Below, piece after piece: positions 29,430 through 39,504 of a stretch of DNA of 64,000 bases. The notes beneath the pieces were generated by a model. The model made no database searches, was not told the DNA's origin, and saw nothing but the letters and a program-made list of their open reading frames with translations. The stretch is from NCBI GenBank assembly GCA_019058245.1, contig JAHPZJ010000020.1:1-64000 (forward strand). Reading direction: 5' to 3'. This DNA is from Promethearchaeota archaeon (GTDB lineage: Archaea; Asgardarchaeota; Lokiarchaeia; Sigyniarchaeales; SOKP01). Position numbers and translations under genes: made by a program. The number at the start of each line of letters is the position of its first letter. Position 1 is the first letter of the stretch.

Positions 29430-30293
29430 ATGGAAGATAAAATATTAGACGGAAAAAAATTAGCATATGAGTTAAATGCTGAACTTAAAGAAAAAATTTC
29501 AAAGGCTGTAAAAAAGACAGGTATTATACCAAAATTAATAACGATTTTAGTAGGTAAAGATAGTGCTTCAAAAACTTACGTTAATATCAAGCAAAAAACA
29601 TGTCAAGAAATAGGAATAGATTCTAAAATAATAGAACTGGATGAAAACATATCAAAGGAACAATTAAGGGATGAAATAAGTAAACTTAACAATGATCCTA
29701 CTACTCATGCTATACTTCTACAATTACCTTTACCTAAAAAATTAAGAGAATATACTCCAGATTTTCTGGAACAAATATCATCGTCAAAAGATGCTGATGG
29801 TTTACATCCCTTTAATCGTGGAAAACTTTTTGATTACAATGAAGAATTAGCTGCTTGTACTCCCAAAGGGATAATAAAATTATTAGAACATTATGATATT
29901 GAAATTAAGGGAAAAGATGTAGTTATAATAAATCGATCAAATTTAGTTGGAAAACCCTTGATTTTTATGTTGCTAAAAAGAAATGCAACAGTTACAATCT
30001 GTCATACCTCAACAAAAGATATTAATGAATACATCCGAAAAGCAGATATCTTGATAACTGCTGTTAGACAACCAAATTTTATAACTAAAGACAAAATTAA
30101 GGAGGGGGTAATTATAATAGATGTTAGTACAAATCGTGTTGAAGGAAAATTATGTGGTGATGTAGATTTTGAAAATGTTTTAGAAAAATGTCAAAAAATA
30201 ACCCCCGTTCCTGGTGGAATAGGACCAATGACAGTGGCAATGCTTTGTGATAATACTTTCACAGCCTATAAGAAACAGGTAAATATTTCTTAA
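29430..30293 (+). CDS. folD: Methylene-THF dehydrogenase/cyclohydrolase
   Basis: YVNIK, LLQLPLP, KDADG, CTPKG, RSNLVGKP, TPVPGGIGPMT. Confidence 0.95.
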   Translation: MEDKILDGKKLAYELNAELKEKISKAVKKTGIIPKLITILVGKDSASKTYVNIKQKTCQEIGIDSKIIELDENISKEQLRDEISKLNNDPTTHAILLQLPLPKKLREYTPDFLEQISSSKDADGLHPFNRGKLFDYNEELAACTPKGIIKLLEHYDIEIKGKDVVIINRSNLVGKPLIFMLLKRNATVTICHTSTKDINEYIRKADILITAVRQPNFITKDKIKEGVIIIDVSTNRVEGKLCGDVDFENVLEKCQKITPVPGGIGPMTVAMLCDNTFTAYKKQVNIS

Positions 30294-30479
30294 TATAAAT
30301 ATAATTTTTAAATCTAAATTTAAATTTAACTTAAAATATTAGTATTTCAGATAAAAAATAGTTAAACATATATTAGATAAAGGGTAAAAAGAAAGAAATA
30401 TAAAGTTTGATTATTACTATAAAAAACATATTCTAATTAATTAAATATTTTTGAATCAGTAAACAAATCCTTTTGAAAG

Positions 30480-30935
30480 ATGGCAATTTTAGAAATTGGT
30501 ATTAATCTCGGCATGAGAAATTTAGTTGAAATTAAATATTATTCATCTTCGGATAATGTCTTGGATCCAAATTTGCGTGCTGGTTTCCTAACAGCTCTAG
30601 AATCCTTCACATCAGAGGTATTCGGCGATGATATAAATGTAATCAGCCTTGCGAGTTTTAAATTAGTTTGTTATTGCGAAATGATTACTTTACCTAGTGA
30701 TGATTTAAATAATAAACAACCCTTATTATCATATGCCATAATTGAAAAAGGAACAGATGCCTCAGTAGTAAAACAACAGTTGAGTCAAATTATCTCATAC
30801 TTTCTCAATCGTTATCCCTTAAATGATATTTTTTCAAAAAAACCTAAATATTTTCGACAATTTGAGAGTAGAATTAATGAGATTTTAGGAGATTTAAGAT
30901 TAAAAACTGAGGATAGATTTCGTTCTTTATTTTAA
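30480..30935 (+). CDS. Longin-like domain protein
   Basis: DPNLRAGFLTALESFTSEVFGDDINVISL pattern of longin-fold proteins. Confidence 0.65.
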   Translation: MAILEIGINLGMRNLVEIKYYSSSDNVLDPNLRAGFLTALESFTSEVFGDDINVISLASFKLVCYCEMITLPSDDLNNKQPLLSYAIIEKGTDASVVKQQLSQIISYFLNRYPLNDIFSKKPKYFRQFESRINEILGDLRLKTEDRFRSLF

Positions 30936-30957
30936 ATTAATCCTGTAGTGTTTTAAG

Positions 30958-32151
30958 TTGAGTTCTAATTTACCACCTTTAGCTAAAGCGAAATATCAAG
31001 AGTATTTAGATGCTGGAGCTTTAGAAGATAGGATAAAAAAGTTAGAGGAATTTCTATCCTTAGTTCCTAAGCATAAAGCAACAGAAAAGATTGTTGCCCT
31101 TAATAAATCACGCTTAGCTAAGATGAAGCGTGAACTAGAAGATCGTAAATTAAAACAAAAAAGTACTCAGAAAATTGTTAGTCCTTTTTCAATAAAAAAA
31201 GAAGGAATACAAGTAATATTAATTAGTAGCTTCCAAACACCAGGGGCAGGAAAAACTTCAATCCTAAACTACCTAACAGGCGCAGCAAAAGAGAACATTG
31301 GAAAATTTACAGCACTACCAGAAATTGGAATATATAAATATCAGAAGATCCGGTTTCAAATAGTAGAAATGCCCGCTATTATGGAAGGCGCTTCTGATGG
31401 TGTAGGAAATGGAAAGGAAATACTTTCACAACTTAGAGCAGCAGATTTATTATGTTTATGCATAGATTTATCAAGAAATATAGAAGACCAGATGAATTTA
31501 TTATTGTCTGAATTATCAAAGGCTGATATTCGAATAAATGAATCACCGCCCCCTTTAACAATTGAAAAAACGGGTGCCAACAAGGTTCAGGTTCTTTATC
31601 TCACTAAAGAAGCTAAAAATGTTGAAGGACTAGGAGATTTTACAGATCAAATAAAAGAATTAGTTTATGAAAATGGGATTCGTAATGGGATTGTAAAAGT
31701 TTATGGTCAGATTACTCTTGATGATATTGTGGATGCATTAACTCCTTCCGTTGTATATAAAAAAGTAATATTGTTAGGAACTAAAGGAGATCTATCTCAT
31801 ACTCAAGATATTTTTGAAAGCTTAAAAGAAAACTATAAAGATATGTTTCCTATAATTATTGGTACAAGCTATATGAAAGAAAAACTTCCTAAAGATTTTG
31901 GTGAAATCATATTAAAATTCTTAAATAAAATCAGGATATACACTATGAGTAGTGGAATTATTGCTCAACAACCATTAATAATGGATGAGAATTCTACTAT
32001 TAAAGATGTAGCTTTAAAAGTTCATAGAAGTTTTTTTGAATCATTCGAACATGCAATAGTTATACGGGAAGGAGAACGACAGAAACGTAAGAAAGTTGGT
32101 CTAGATTATATTCTAAAAGATCTTGATGTAGTAGAAATACATATAACCTAA
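30958..32151 (+). CDS. DRG/OBG-family GTPase with TGS domain
   Basis: PKHKATE, GAGKTS, KFT, EMPAIMEG, TKGD; C-terminal KVGLDYILKDLDVVEI (TGS). Confidence 0.88.
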   Translation: MSSNLPPLAKAKYQEYLDAGALEDRIKKLEEFLSLVPKHKATEKIVALNKSRLAKMKRELEDRKLKQKSTQKIVSPFSIKKEGIQVILISSFQTPGAGKTSILNYLTGAAKENIGKFTALPEIGIYKYQKIRFQIVEMPAIMEGASDGVGNGKEILSQLRAADLLCLCIDLSRNIEDQMNLLLSELSKADIRINESPPPLTIEKTGANKVQVLYLTKEAKNVEGLGDFTDQIKELVYENGIRNGIVKVYGQITLDDIVDALTPSVVYKKVILLGTKGDLSHTQDIFESLKENYKDMFPIIIGTSYMKEKLPKDFGEIILKFLNKIRIYTMSSGIIAQQPLIMDENSTIKDVALKVHRSFFESFEHAIVIREGERQKRKKVGLDYILKDLDVVEIHIT

Positions 32152-34853
32152 TATTTGATCTTCTCTATTAAGTTTGGTATCTCTAAAATCTCTTTCCTGT
32201 AATCACTATCTAAATTAGCTAAACCATCACCAATATTTTTAACACTTTCTAAACTGTAAATTAACTCCTCGAGGTATGTTATAAGATCTCCTTTAAAGAC
32301 TAATATCTTATATTCTTTAATCAAATAGTTAGAAATTTCTTCAATTGTCATTTTATCTTTAACTCGTAAATTTAATATTAATTTTTCCAAACTTAATCGT
32401 CCACAATCGCAATATGGATTATCCTTACAGGTACAATTAAATATATCACTTGTTAATTTCATAATAAAGTCAATAAAATCACGTGAAAATGTTTTTCTTT
32501 TTTTTACATAATCAGCATTCATCAATGATAATACACTAGCACTGAATAAATTGTTGGAAAAATATTTCATATTAACATTTTTTGATAAATCGGCAACTAA
32601 ATCTTTAGATAAATAAACATTTCTAAGATTTTCTAAGTCTAAAGCAATATCTAAAGGATTCTTAATTTTATCTTGCATTACTTTAATTATCTCAAGACTT
32701 TTTTCAACAGATAAAAAGGAATTGGCAATTGCTCTTCCTAAACGAGTGTTTTTTAATTTTAAGTCTTCTCTAATTCGCACTAATTTAAAGGACAATAATT
32801 TCTTCAAAATCGCCTCTAGGTCAAAATAATTATTGATTAAATTATCATAAAATTTAAAGATGATTTCCTTTGAAATCCATTCATTAAACATAGCAATAAA
32901 TGCAAGAATTTCTGTTTGTGACTTATCTTCATTAGGAATAAGTTCATAATCCTTGATCTTTCCATTTAAAAGTTTAATCGCAATATTTTCTTCTGTAATT
33001 TTCATTTTGGGAGAATAAACTTTTCCAGGCTCAACAAGTATATAGGCTAAACCTTTCTCATGCTTTTTTAATCTTCCCGATCTTCCAATCATTTGTTCAA
33101 ATTCAGCAACTGTTAACCACTTTATACCCATTGCTAAAGACTCAAAAATAACTTGACTTGCGGGAAGATCAACTCCTGCAGCTAAAGCAGCAGTTGCAAC
33201 TACTCCCATTATTTGCTGAGATTGAAAATTTTCTTCAATTTTTTTTCTTTCTTCGTTTGTTAATCCAGAATGATAAGCAACTACTGGAAGATTTCTGTGT
33301 TGCAAATATAAGGATATTGATTCACACTTTTTACGAGTATTTGTGAATACTATTGATTGACCTTTGAATCCATAAATGGATTTTTTAGAAAAGGCAGCTT
33401 TAATTAAGTTAGAAATATATTTTTGTTTTTGAGTTTCATTCAGACACATTAATAAATGACGTTCGACCGGGACTGGGCGATTATCATACCTAATTAATTC
33501 ACAGTTTAGTTTTTTTGCTAATAATTTTGGTTCTCCTAATGTTGCACTCAAATATAGAAACTGGGAATTAAATTGCGTTTTTAACCGGGATATTAAACCA
33601 TCTAATATAAATCCTCGCTCTTGATCTATCAACGTTTGAATTTCATCGATAATAATTGTCCCAATATTTCCTAAAAGCGCTATATTCCCACTTCTTAAAA
33701 TATAATCAATTGCCTCATAAGTTGCAATAATCACATGAGCATTAACTAAATCTTTAATATTGTTTTCCTCTTTTTTTCCAAATAAAGACTCTCCAACTCT
33801 TTTTATTACCTTCAAATTAATTGATTTATATTTTTCTTTAAATTCTTCTGTTCTTATATTGGCCAAAGCCACAATCGGTACTAAGTATAACATCTTAGCG
33901 TTTCTCTGATTTAAAACTTTTGATATTCCCGCTAATTCACCTACTAATGTTTTACCTCCACTTGTAGGGGCCATTATTAATTGATTAGTATGTTCTGATA
34001 ATAACCCTTTTTCTATAGAAATTGCTTGTATTGGTAATAAAGTAGTTAAATTTAGCTCTTTCATTATCTTTTTAAACACTGTAGGAATATTCAGATTGTC
34101 AATTTTTTGATTAAGATATTTTTTATTGATTGAAGGTGTCTTTTCAACATCATAGAGCGTTATTTCACGGTCTTTTACAGGATTAAAATCGGTCTTAAAA
34201 GCATCTAATATTTTTTTGACATCTTTAAATTTAAGAATCATATGCATTAGAAAATTCTTTAACTTAGGACTGATTTTCTCTTTAGAAATCATCCCTGTCA
34301 ATTTTATTCTGTTCACAACAATATCATAAGAGCATTCGGAACAGATAATTTGATTTTTTAAAGATTTAATTTGATTGTTCTTATTTAGTAATGTAAACTT
34401 ATTTTTATCTAAACATGAATCACAAATAGTTAAATTGATGATTTTCTCTGTATCAAATTGAAAACTGTTCAACATCTCTTTAACTGGTAATATATCTTCA
34501 GATCTGGTTTGGTTTGAAAATGCAATAAATTTATTCTTATCTGAAACCATAAATTTCTTAAGTAAACGTGGATCAACTGGTTTTGAGTTTCCATTATTCT
34601 CAATTTTATTAAAATAAAGTGGTCTCATCTTGTTTTTAAAATCTAACCCAAAAATTACCGTACCTTTAAAGAATGGTTCATTTACATATGTAAATTTGAA
34701 TTTTTTTTTCTTGAATGATTTAAGGTAAAAGAAATTAATATTAAAAAGTAATTCTTTTCTATGCTCACGATTTCTATCCAAAACAATGAAAAAATTTCTT
34801 AAAGGAACACTCAATTTGAATCCATTAGTGGATAATAATAAATTAGTATGCAA
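32148..34853 (-). CDS. Archaeal SF2 DExH-type helicase with DUF5814-like C-terminus
   Basis: APTSGGKT, DEIQ, LSAT, YHSGL, QMIGRSGR; CTCKDNPYCDCG. Confidence 0.88.
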   Translation of the reverse strand: MHTNLLLSTNGFKLSVPLRNFFIVLDRNREHRKELLFNINFFYLKSFKKKKFKFTYVNEPFFKGTVIFGLDFKNKMRPLYFNKIENNGNSKPVDPRLLKKFMVSDKNKFIAFSNQTRSEDILPVKEMLNSFQFDTEKIINLTICDSCLDKNKFTLLNKNNQIKSLKNQIICSECSYDIVVNRIKLTGMISKEKISPKLKNFLMHMILKFKDVKKILDAFKTDFNPVKDREITLYDVEKTPSINKKYLNQKIDNLNIPTVFKKIMKELNLTTLLPIQAISIEKGLLSEHTNQLIMAPTSGGKTLVGELAGISKVLNQRNAKMLYLVPIVALANIRTEEFKEKYKSINLKVIKRVGESLFGKKEENNIKDLVNAHVIIATYEAIDYILRSGNIALLGNIGTIIIDEIQTLIDQERGFILDGLISRLKTQFNSQFLYLSATLGEPKLLAKKLNCELIRYDNRPVPVERHLLMCLNETQKQKYISNLIKAAFSKKSIYGFKGQSIVFTNTRKKCESISLYLQHRNLPVVAYHSGLTNEERKKIEENFQSQQIMGVVATAALAAGVDLPASQVIFESLAMGIKWLTVAEFEQMIGRSGRLKKHEKGLAYILVEPGKVYSPKMKITEENIAIKLLNGKIKDYELIPNEDKSQTEILAFIAMFNEWISKEIIFKFYDNLINNYFDLEAILKKLLSFKLVRIREDLKLKNTRLGRAIANSFLSVEKSLEIIKVMQDKIKNPLDIALDLENLRNVYLSKDLVADLSKNVNMKYFSNNLFSASVLSLMNADYVKKRKTFSRDFIDFIMKLTSDIFNCTCKDNPYCDCGRLSLEKLILNLRVKDKMTIEEISNYLIKEYKILVFKGDLITYLEELIYSLESVKNIGDGLANLDSDYRKEILEIPNLIEKIKY

Positions 34854-34940
34854 CTCAACAATTCAATTTTTCTATATTAAAAAAACTAAAATCATTTAAG
34901 TAAGGATTTAGATTTAGGTAAATAAAAAATAAATTAAAAA

Positions 34941-35102
34941 TTAGAAACCAAAAACTTGTTTAATTTTATCATAGACTTCTTTTATTTGCCTAAGTTTTGT
35001 CTCATCTCCTTGATTCATAAAATGGGTAATCCAATCAGCTAGACCATTATTTTTAATCCATTCAAGAAAATATTCAACAGATTGGCGTTCTTCAGCAGAC
35101 AT
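34941..35102 (-). CDS. Small hypothetical protein (53 aa; below the ORF-track cutoff)
   Basis: MSAEERQSVEYFLEWIKNNGLADWITHFMNQGDETKLRQIKEVYDKIKQVFGF*; coding-like composition within an AT-rich gap. Confidence 0.65.
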   Translation of the reverse strand: MSAEERQSVEYFLEWIKNNGLADWITHFMNQGDETKLRQIKEVYDKIKQVFGF

Positions 35103-35253
35103 TTTTTCTTTTACTTTTCTCTTATATTTATTTTTATTTTTAATTTTCTACCTATATAAAGATTATAAATTATTCTATTTTATATTTTTATAATTCCAAA
35201 TCAATTTAATTTTACATATAAAATATAAAAATAAATTTTTGAAATGATATAAT

Positions 35254-36210
35254 ATGTCGGTAAGAATTAAAACTCCAAATTTAGATGAAATTTTTGAGAA
35301 ATGGAAACAGAAAGCAGTAAGAACAGACAAAAAAAAGATGGAAAAGCAATTTGGAACAAAAGGAGCAGTTTTTTCTTTAGATGCTGTAAGTGCAGCGGAA
35401 TATGTTAAGGATACAATGAAAGAAGCAGCTATTTATTTCGCTGTGAAAAAATCTCTTGGTCCCGCCCCCAAAGGCAAAGAAGAAAATTTAGTGCTTGCTC
35501 CAAAAGTAAGTAGAGAGCAATATTATTCCTTCAAAGGAGCAGGTAATATAAATAAAGAAAATTGGAAAAGTAATGATATGGTACCTCACTATGAATCAAT
35601 TCAAGCGGTCCCTTGCAAGAATTGTAAGGGGAAGGGGTATATGGAGAATAAATGCAAAACTTGTAAAGGAACTGGAAAAATTGAGGAAACACTTACAGTA
35701 TTAGTTGGAGAAGAGCAAAAGAAGGAAAAGAAAATCTTTTCATATCCCTGTGGTGCCTGTTATGGAACTGGCAATAGACAAGAACCATGCAAAGAATGTG
35801 GGGGGCATAAAAATATGTATAAATACGAGGTTCTCCCTGTTCCTTTCAAAACGGTAATTACTGGAGTTCCTATATTGCATAGTAGTGCTCAAACAAGATA
35901 TGAGAAGCAAATCGGTGATGATCTTCATAAAATGATTGAAGATGTCGAAGGGATTAGATTTAGTGACTTTAAAGAATTAGAGTCGAAAGTTGAGCCTTCC
36001 TTAGGATATATGAATAAAAATATTAGTAAAACTGTTGGAGCTGCTAGAAGTGATTATAGGACTTATGAGAAAGATAAAGATGCTCAAATAACATCTCAAA
36101 TTTACTTATTTCCAATGATTCAGATGTTCTGTGAGACTAAACGTGGAAGCAAGTTTGAAATTTATTCCCTTGGCTCTGGTAATAAATTTATGATTTATTC
36201 AAACTTTTAA
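35254..36210 (+). CDS. DnaJ-type Cys-rich zinc-finger protein without J-domain (SSUH2-like)
   Basis: CKNCKGKG, CKTCKGTG, CGACYGTG, CKECGG; no HPD motif. Confidence 0.7.
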   Translation: MSVRIKTPNLDEIFEKWKQKAVRTDKKKMEKQFGTKGAVFSLDAVSAAEYVKDTMKEAAIYFAVKKSLGPAPKGKEENLVLAPKVSREQYYSFKGAGNINKENWKSNDMVPHYESIQAVPCKNCKGKGYMENKCKTCKGTGKIEETLTVLVGEEQKKEKKIFSYPCGACYGTGNRQEPCKECGGHKNMYKYEVLPVPFKTVITGVPILHSSAQTRYEKQIGDDLHKMIEDVEGIRFSDFKELESKVEPSLGYMNKNISKTVGAARSDYRTYEKDKDAQITSQIYLFPMIQMFCETKRGSKFEIYSLGSGNKFMIYSNF

Positions 36211-36451
36211 ATTATTTTTTTTAATTTAAATTACAAAAAATATTTCATTATACTGGAACCTCTCTTTTTTTTTTGAATTTTTTAAAAATTACTGATAATG
36301 AGATTGTAATTCTAGTAAATACAAATAAAATAAACAAACTGTAAAAATACATTCTTATCATGAAATATATTTAAAACATATAAAGATTTAAAAATAAAGG
36401 AGGATAGGTTACATATAAGTTTAAACTTATATATCTCAAAGTAGTGATAAT

Positions 36452-37102
36452 TTGCAGGAAGAAAGTAAAATAAAAAAAATTAAAAAATCCTATAAACCTA
36501 AAAATCTAATAGGATATCTCATACCAAATAATGTAATATCTATTTCAATTATTGGTATCTTTGCGGCATTAATTTGCATATTAACAATGATAATTTCAAT
36601 ACCAATTCCAGCAACACAGGGCTTTATTAATATTGGAGATGCTGGTGTTATGTTTACAGGATTAATCTTTGGTCCTTTCATAGGAGGATTATCAGGTGGT
36701 ATTGGTTCTGCTTTAGCAGATATTTTTCTGGGTTATACTATATACGCACCAGCTACATTAATTATTAAAGGATTAGAAGGATTAATAATAGGGATAATTG
36801 CGAATCCTAGGAAAAATTATACAAAATTAAATTATCGAGATATTTTAGCGATTATAATTGGAGGGTTAATTATGGTATTTGGATATTTTATTTATGAGAT
36901 TATACTCTGGGGATTTGCAATTGCATTGTTTGAAGTAATTTTAAATGGGATTATACAATTTGGCCTTGCTGGTGTAATTTCTCTAATTTTAGTATTAGTA
37001 GCTCGAAAAAACATTATTCAAAATTTTCCTCAAGTATTTGATAAGATATTTAAAATTGAAGAATTAGAAGAAATTGAGAATAGGAATTTTAAAGAAGGGT
37101 AA
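36452..37102 (+). CDS. ECF transporter S component
   Basis: GFINIGDAGV, GGIGSALAD, YAPATLIIKGLEG. Confidence 0.88.
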   Translation: MQEESKIKKIKKSYKPKNLIGYLIPNNVISISIIGIFAALICILTMIISIPIPATQGFINIGDAGVMFTGLIFGPFIGGLSGGIGSALADIFLGYTIYAPATLIIKGLEGLIIGIIANPRKNYTKLNYRDILAIIIGGLIMVFGYFIYEIILWGFAIALFEVILNGIIQFGLAGVISLILVLVARKNIIQNFPQVFDKIFKIEELEEIENRNFKEG

Positions 37103-38540
37103 TTAACACATCCAAAGCATCTAATACTCGCTTTCCGCTATTAGTTATAAAATATAAAACATTCTTTCCTTCCTTTTTTCTTGATATTAAACCCTTTATT
37201 TCCAATTCTTTCAAATGCTGATAAATAGCAGCTAAGCTTATCGTGCCCATAGTTTCTTTAATATCTGTTCCGGTTATACCTTTAATACTCGAAAGTGAGA
37301 TTTGAGAAAGTATTTTTAACTTAGTAATGATGATAGAACCTTTTCCTGTAGTTTTGGTTTGGGATGAAATTGCTTCTAAAATATAGGGGGCTTTTAAACC
37401 ACTTCCTGTAATGAGACACACAACAGAGTCTTTAGATTCAAACGTTTGTTTTTGTTCTAATAATTGAATAGCAGCAAGAGTTAAAGCTGAAGAAGGCTCT
37501 GCAAATATTCCCTCATCCCTTATAAGTTGCTCAATTGAAGGGAATATAAAATTTTCAGGAATAGCAATTACAGTTCCTTTACTATCTTTTATACACTTAA
37601 TTGCTAAATTTTTATATAACGGTTTTTGTACTAAGATACCTAATGCCATTGATTTAATATTTTTTGGAGATTCTTTTTTATGTTTATGATTATTAAAAAA
37701 ATCGTTTATAATCGGAGATGACGATTGAGATTGAACACCTATTAATTTTGGAATATCTTTAATAATTTCAATTTCTTTTAATTCATTAAAACCTTTCCAA
37801 AGACTTACTAGAAGTTCTCCACTTCCCATTGGAATTATTATCCAATTGGGTAATTCAATCTGATTAATGATTTCATAAGCGATGGTTTTTTGTGCTTCTA
37901 GAGTTAGAGGATTTAATTCTGGGGTACATTGATAATAATCATTTAATTCATTATTATCTATTACATAATCGATAGCGTCATCAACAGTATTTCCAATAGT
38001 TTTTAAATCAGAATCATATGCTATAATTTGAGCCTTTTTTCCCAAATCAATTTCATTAGGAATAATATTCAAACATTCTATTCTCTCAAGAGAAGAATAT
38101 GCTGCAATTGAAGCACCTTGATTTCCATTCGACGCACAAACTATTTTATTAAAATCCCAACTCCTCGCATGTGATACTAATAATGCCGCTGCCCGATCCT
38201 TAAATGAATTCGTTGGATTTTTCGTTTCATCTTTAAAAAATAAATTTTTTATATTCAATTTTTCACTAAAACTTTTTGAAGCTCTACAAGGAGTTCCTCC
38301 TTCTCCTAAAGATATGATAAAATCTTTTTTTATTGAAGGAAATGTGAAATTATAATCCCAGAAATTATTATTAATCTTAATTTTAGAAAATTTATCTTTA
38401 AACTTTTCAAGTTTGCATTCAAACCATAAAAATCCTCCACATTCAGGACACTTATGTTGGATTGAGCGGAATTCAGATTTTTTGCCGCATTCAATACAAG
38501 TTAGAGTTAGTGGATTTTTTATAATGGGATTACCTCTCAA
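37089..38540 (-). CDS. thrC: Threonine synthase with N-terminal Zn ribbon and C-terminal ArsR-like HTH
   Basis: LGEGGTP, NPTNSFKDR, ASNGN, EPSSA, ITGSGLK; tail ISLAAIYQHLKELEIKGLI. Confidence 0.85.
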   Translation of the reverse strand: MRGNPIIKNPLTLTCIECGKKSEFRSIQHKCPECGGFLWFECKLEKFKDKFSKIKINNNFWDYNFTFPSIKKDFIISLGEGGTPCRASKSFSEKLNIKNLFFKDETKNPTNSFKDRAAALLVSHARSWDFNKIVCASNGNQGASIAAYSSLERIECLNIIPNEIDLGKKAQIIAYDSDLKTIGNTVDDAIDYVIDNNELNDYYQCTPELNPLTLEAQKTIAYEIINQIELPNWIIIPMGSGELLVSLWKGFNELKEIEIIKDIPKLIGVQSQSSSPIINDFFNNHKHKKESPKNIKSMALGILVQKPLYKNLAIKCIKDSKGTVIAIPENFIFPSIEQLIRDEGIFAEPSSALTLAAIQLLEQKQTFESKDSVVCLITGSGLKAPYILEAISSQTKTTGKGSIIITKLKILSQISLSSIKGITGTDIKETMGTISLAAIYQHLKELEIKGLISRKKEGKNVLYFITNSGKRVLDALDVLITLL

Positions 38541-38649
38541 ATAGAAATTTATGTTTATTTACTTATTATTTGTTTTTTCTTATTATTAAGTTCTTTTAGC
38601 AAATTTTCTATTTTCGCCAGAGAATATTATAGATTTTTGATAGTATAAT

Positions 38650-38667
38650 TTTACGAAGTATCGTAAA
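38650..38667. promoter_or_regulatory. Perfect inverted repeat TTTACGA-N4-TCGTAAA, candidate metal-regulator operator
   Basis: Located ~60 nt upstream of the ZIP-ZIP-DtxR operon. Confidence 0.6.
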
Positions 38668-38726
38668 TCTTAAATTCAATATAGAATTAAAAAACTCGAT
38701 TAATATTTTTATCAAAGTGATTAGAA

Positions 38727-39482
38727 ATTCTTCTATGGGTAATATTATTTAGTATTTTGGGCAGTATTGGAGCGATAGTTTTGGCTATTGGTTTTATAAG
38801 TTTAAATAAAAATTCTCAAAAATCACTAGTTACATGTTTGGTAGCATATGCAACAGGGACTTTACTAGCAGCCGCATCTCTAGGAATGATCCCTACGGCA
38901 ATCTCAAAAGCAGGAGAAGCAATACAATTAATTATGGCATTTTTTTTAGGAGCACTTATGTTTTTCTTTATTCTTGAGAAATTGATAATTTGGCGGCATT
39001 GTCACGATAAAGATTGTATTGTAACTGGTGAAGCTACAGGACCAATTATTCTTATTGGAGATGCATTTCATAATTTTGTAGATGGTATTGTTATTGCCGC
39101 CTCGTTTTTAACAAGTTTTACTTTTGGGATAGCTATTAGTCTTTCTGTTATTGCGCATGAAGTTCCTCAGGAAATAGGAGATTTAGCAATTCTCATTGAT
39201 AAGAATTATTCAAAAAAGAAAGCATTCTTATATAATACTTTTTCAGGATTAAGCACTATACCAGCAGCAATAATAGGATATTTCATATTAGATATAATTT
39301 CTATGGCGATTCCTTATGTTCTTATAATTTCAGCCGCAAGTTTTATTTACATTGCATTATCCGATTTAACACCAGAACTTCATCAAAAATTAGGATTAAA
39401 GCATAGCGTAAGGCAGTTGATTTTAATTTTTGCAGGAATAATTACTATGATATTGATATTTATGCTAAAATCCATACTATAG
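38727..39482 (+). CDS. ZIP family metal transporter (probable ATT start; ORF track starts at 38757)
   Basis: GDAFHNFVDG, AHEVPQEIGD. The extension ILLWVILFSILGSIG aligns with the paralog's MLIWIILFSILGSVG. Confidence 0.88.
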   Translation: MLLWVILFSILGSIGAIVLAIGFISLNKNSQKSLVTCLVAYATGTLLAAASLGMIPTAISKAGEAIQLIMAFFLGALMFFFILEKLIIWRHCHDKDCIVTGEATGPIILIGDAFHNFVDGIVIAASFLTSFTFGIAISLSVIAHEVPQEIGDLAILIDKNYSKKKAFLYNTFSGLSTIPAAIIGYFILDIISMAIPYVLIISAASFIYIALSDLTPELHQKLGLKHSVRQLILIFAGIITMILIFMLKSIL

Positions 39483-39504
39483 GGAAAAGGGGAGATAATT
39501 CAAG

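Noticed and set aside
37089-38540. Cysteate synthase completing a CoM pathway with comDE
   Set aside because: The motifs fit ordinary ThrC, it lies 31 kb from comDE, and no methanogenesis genes are in the window.
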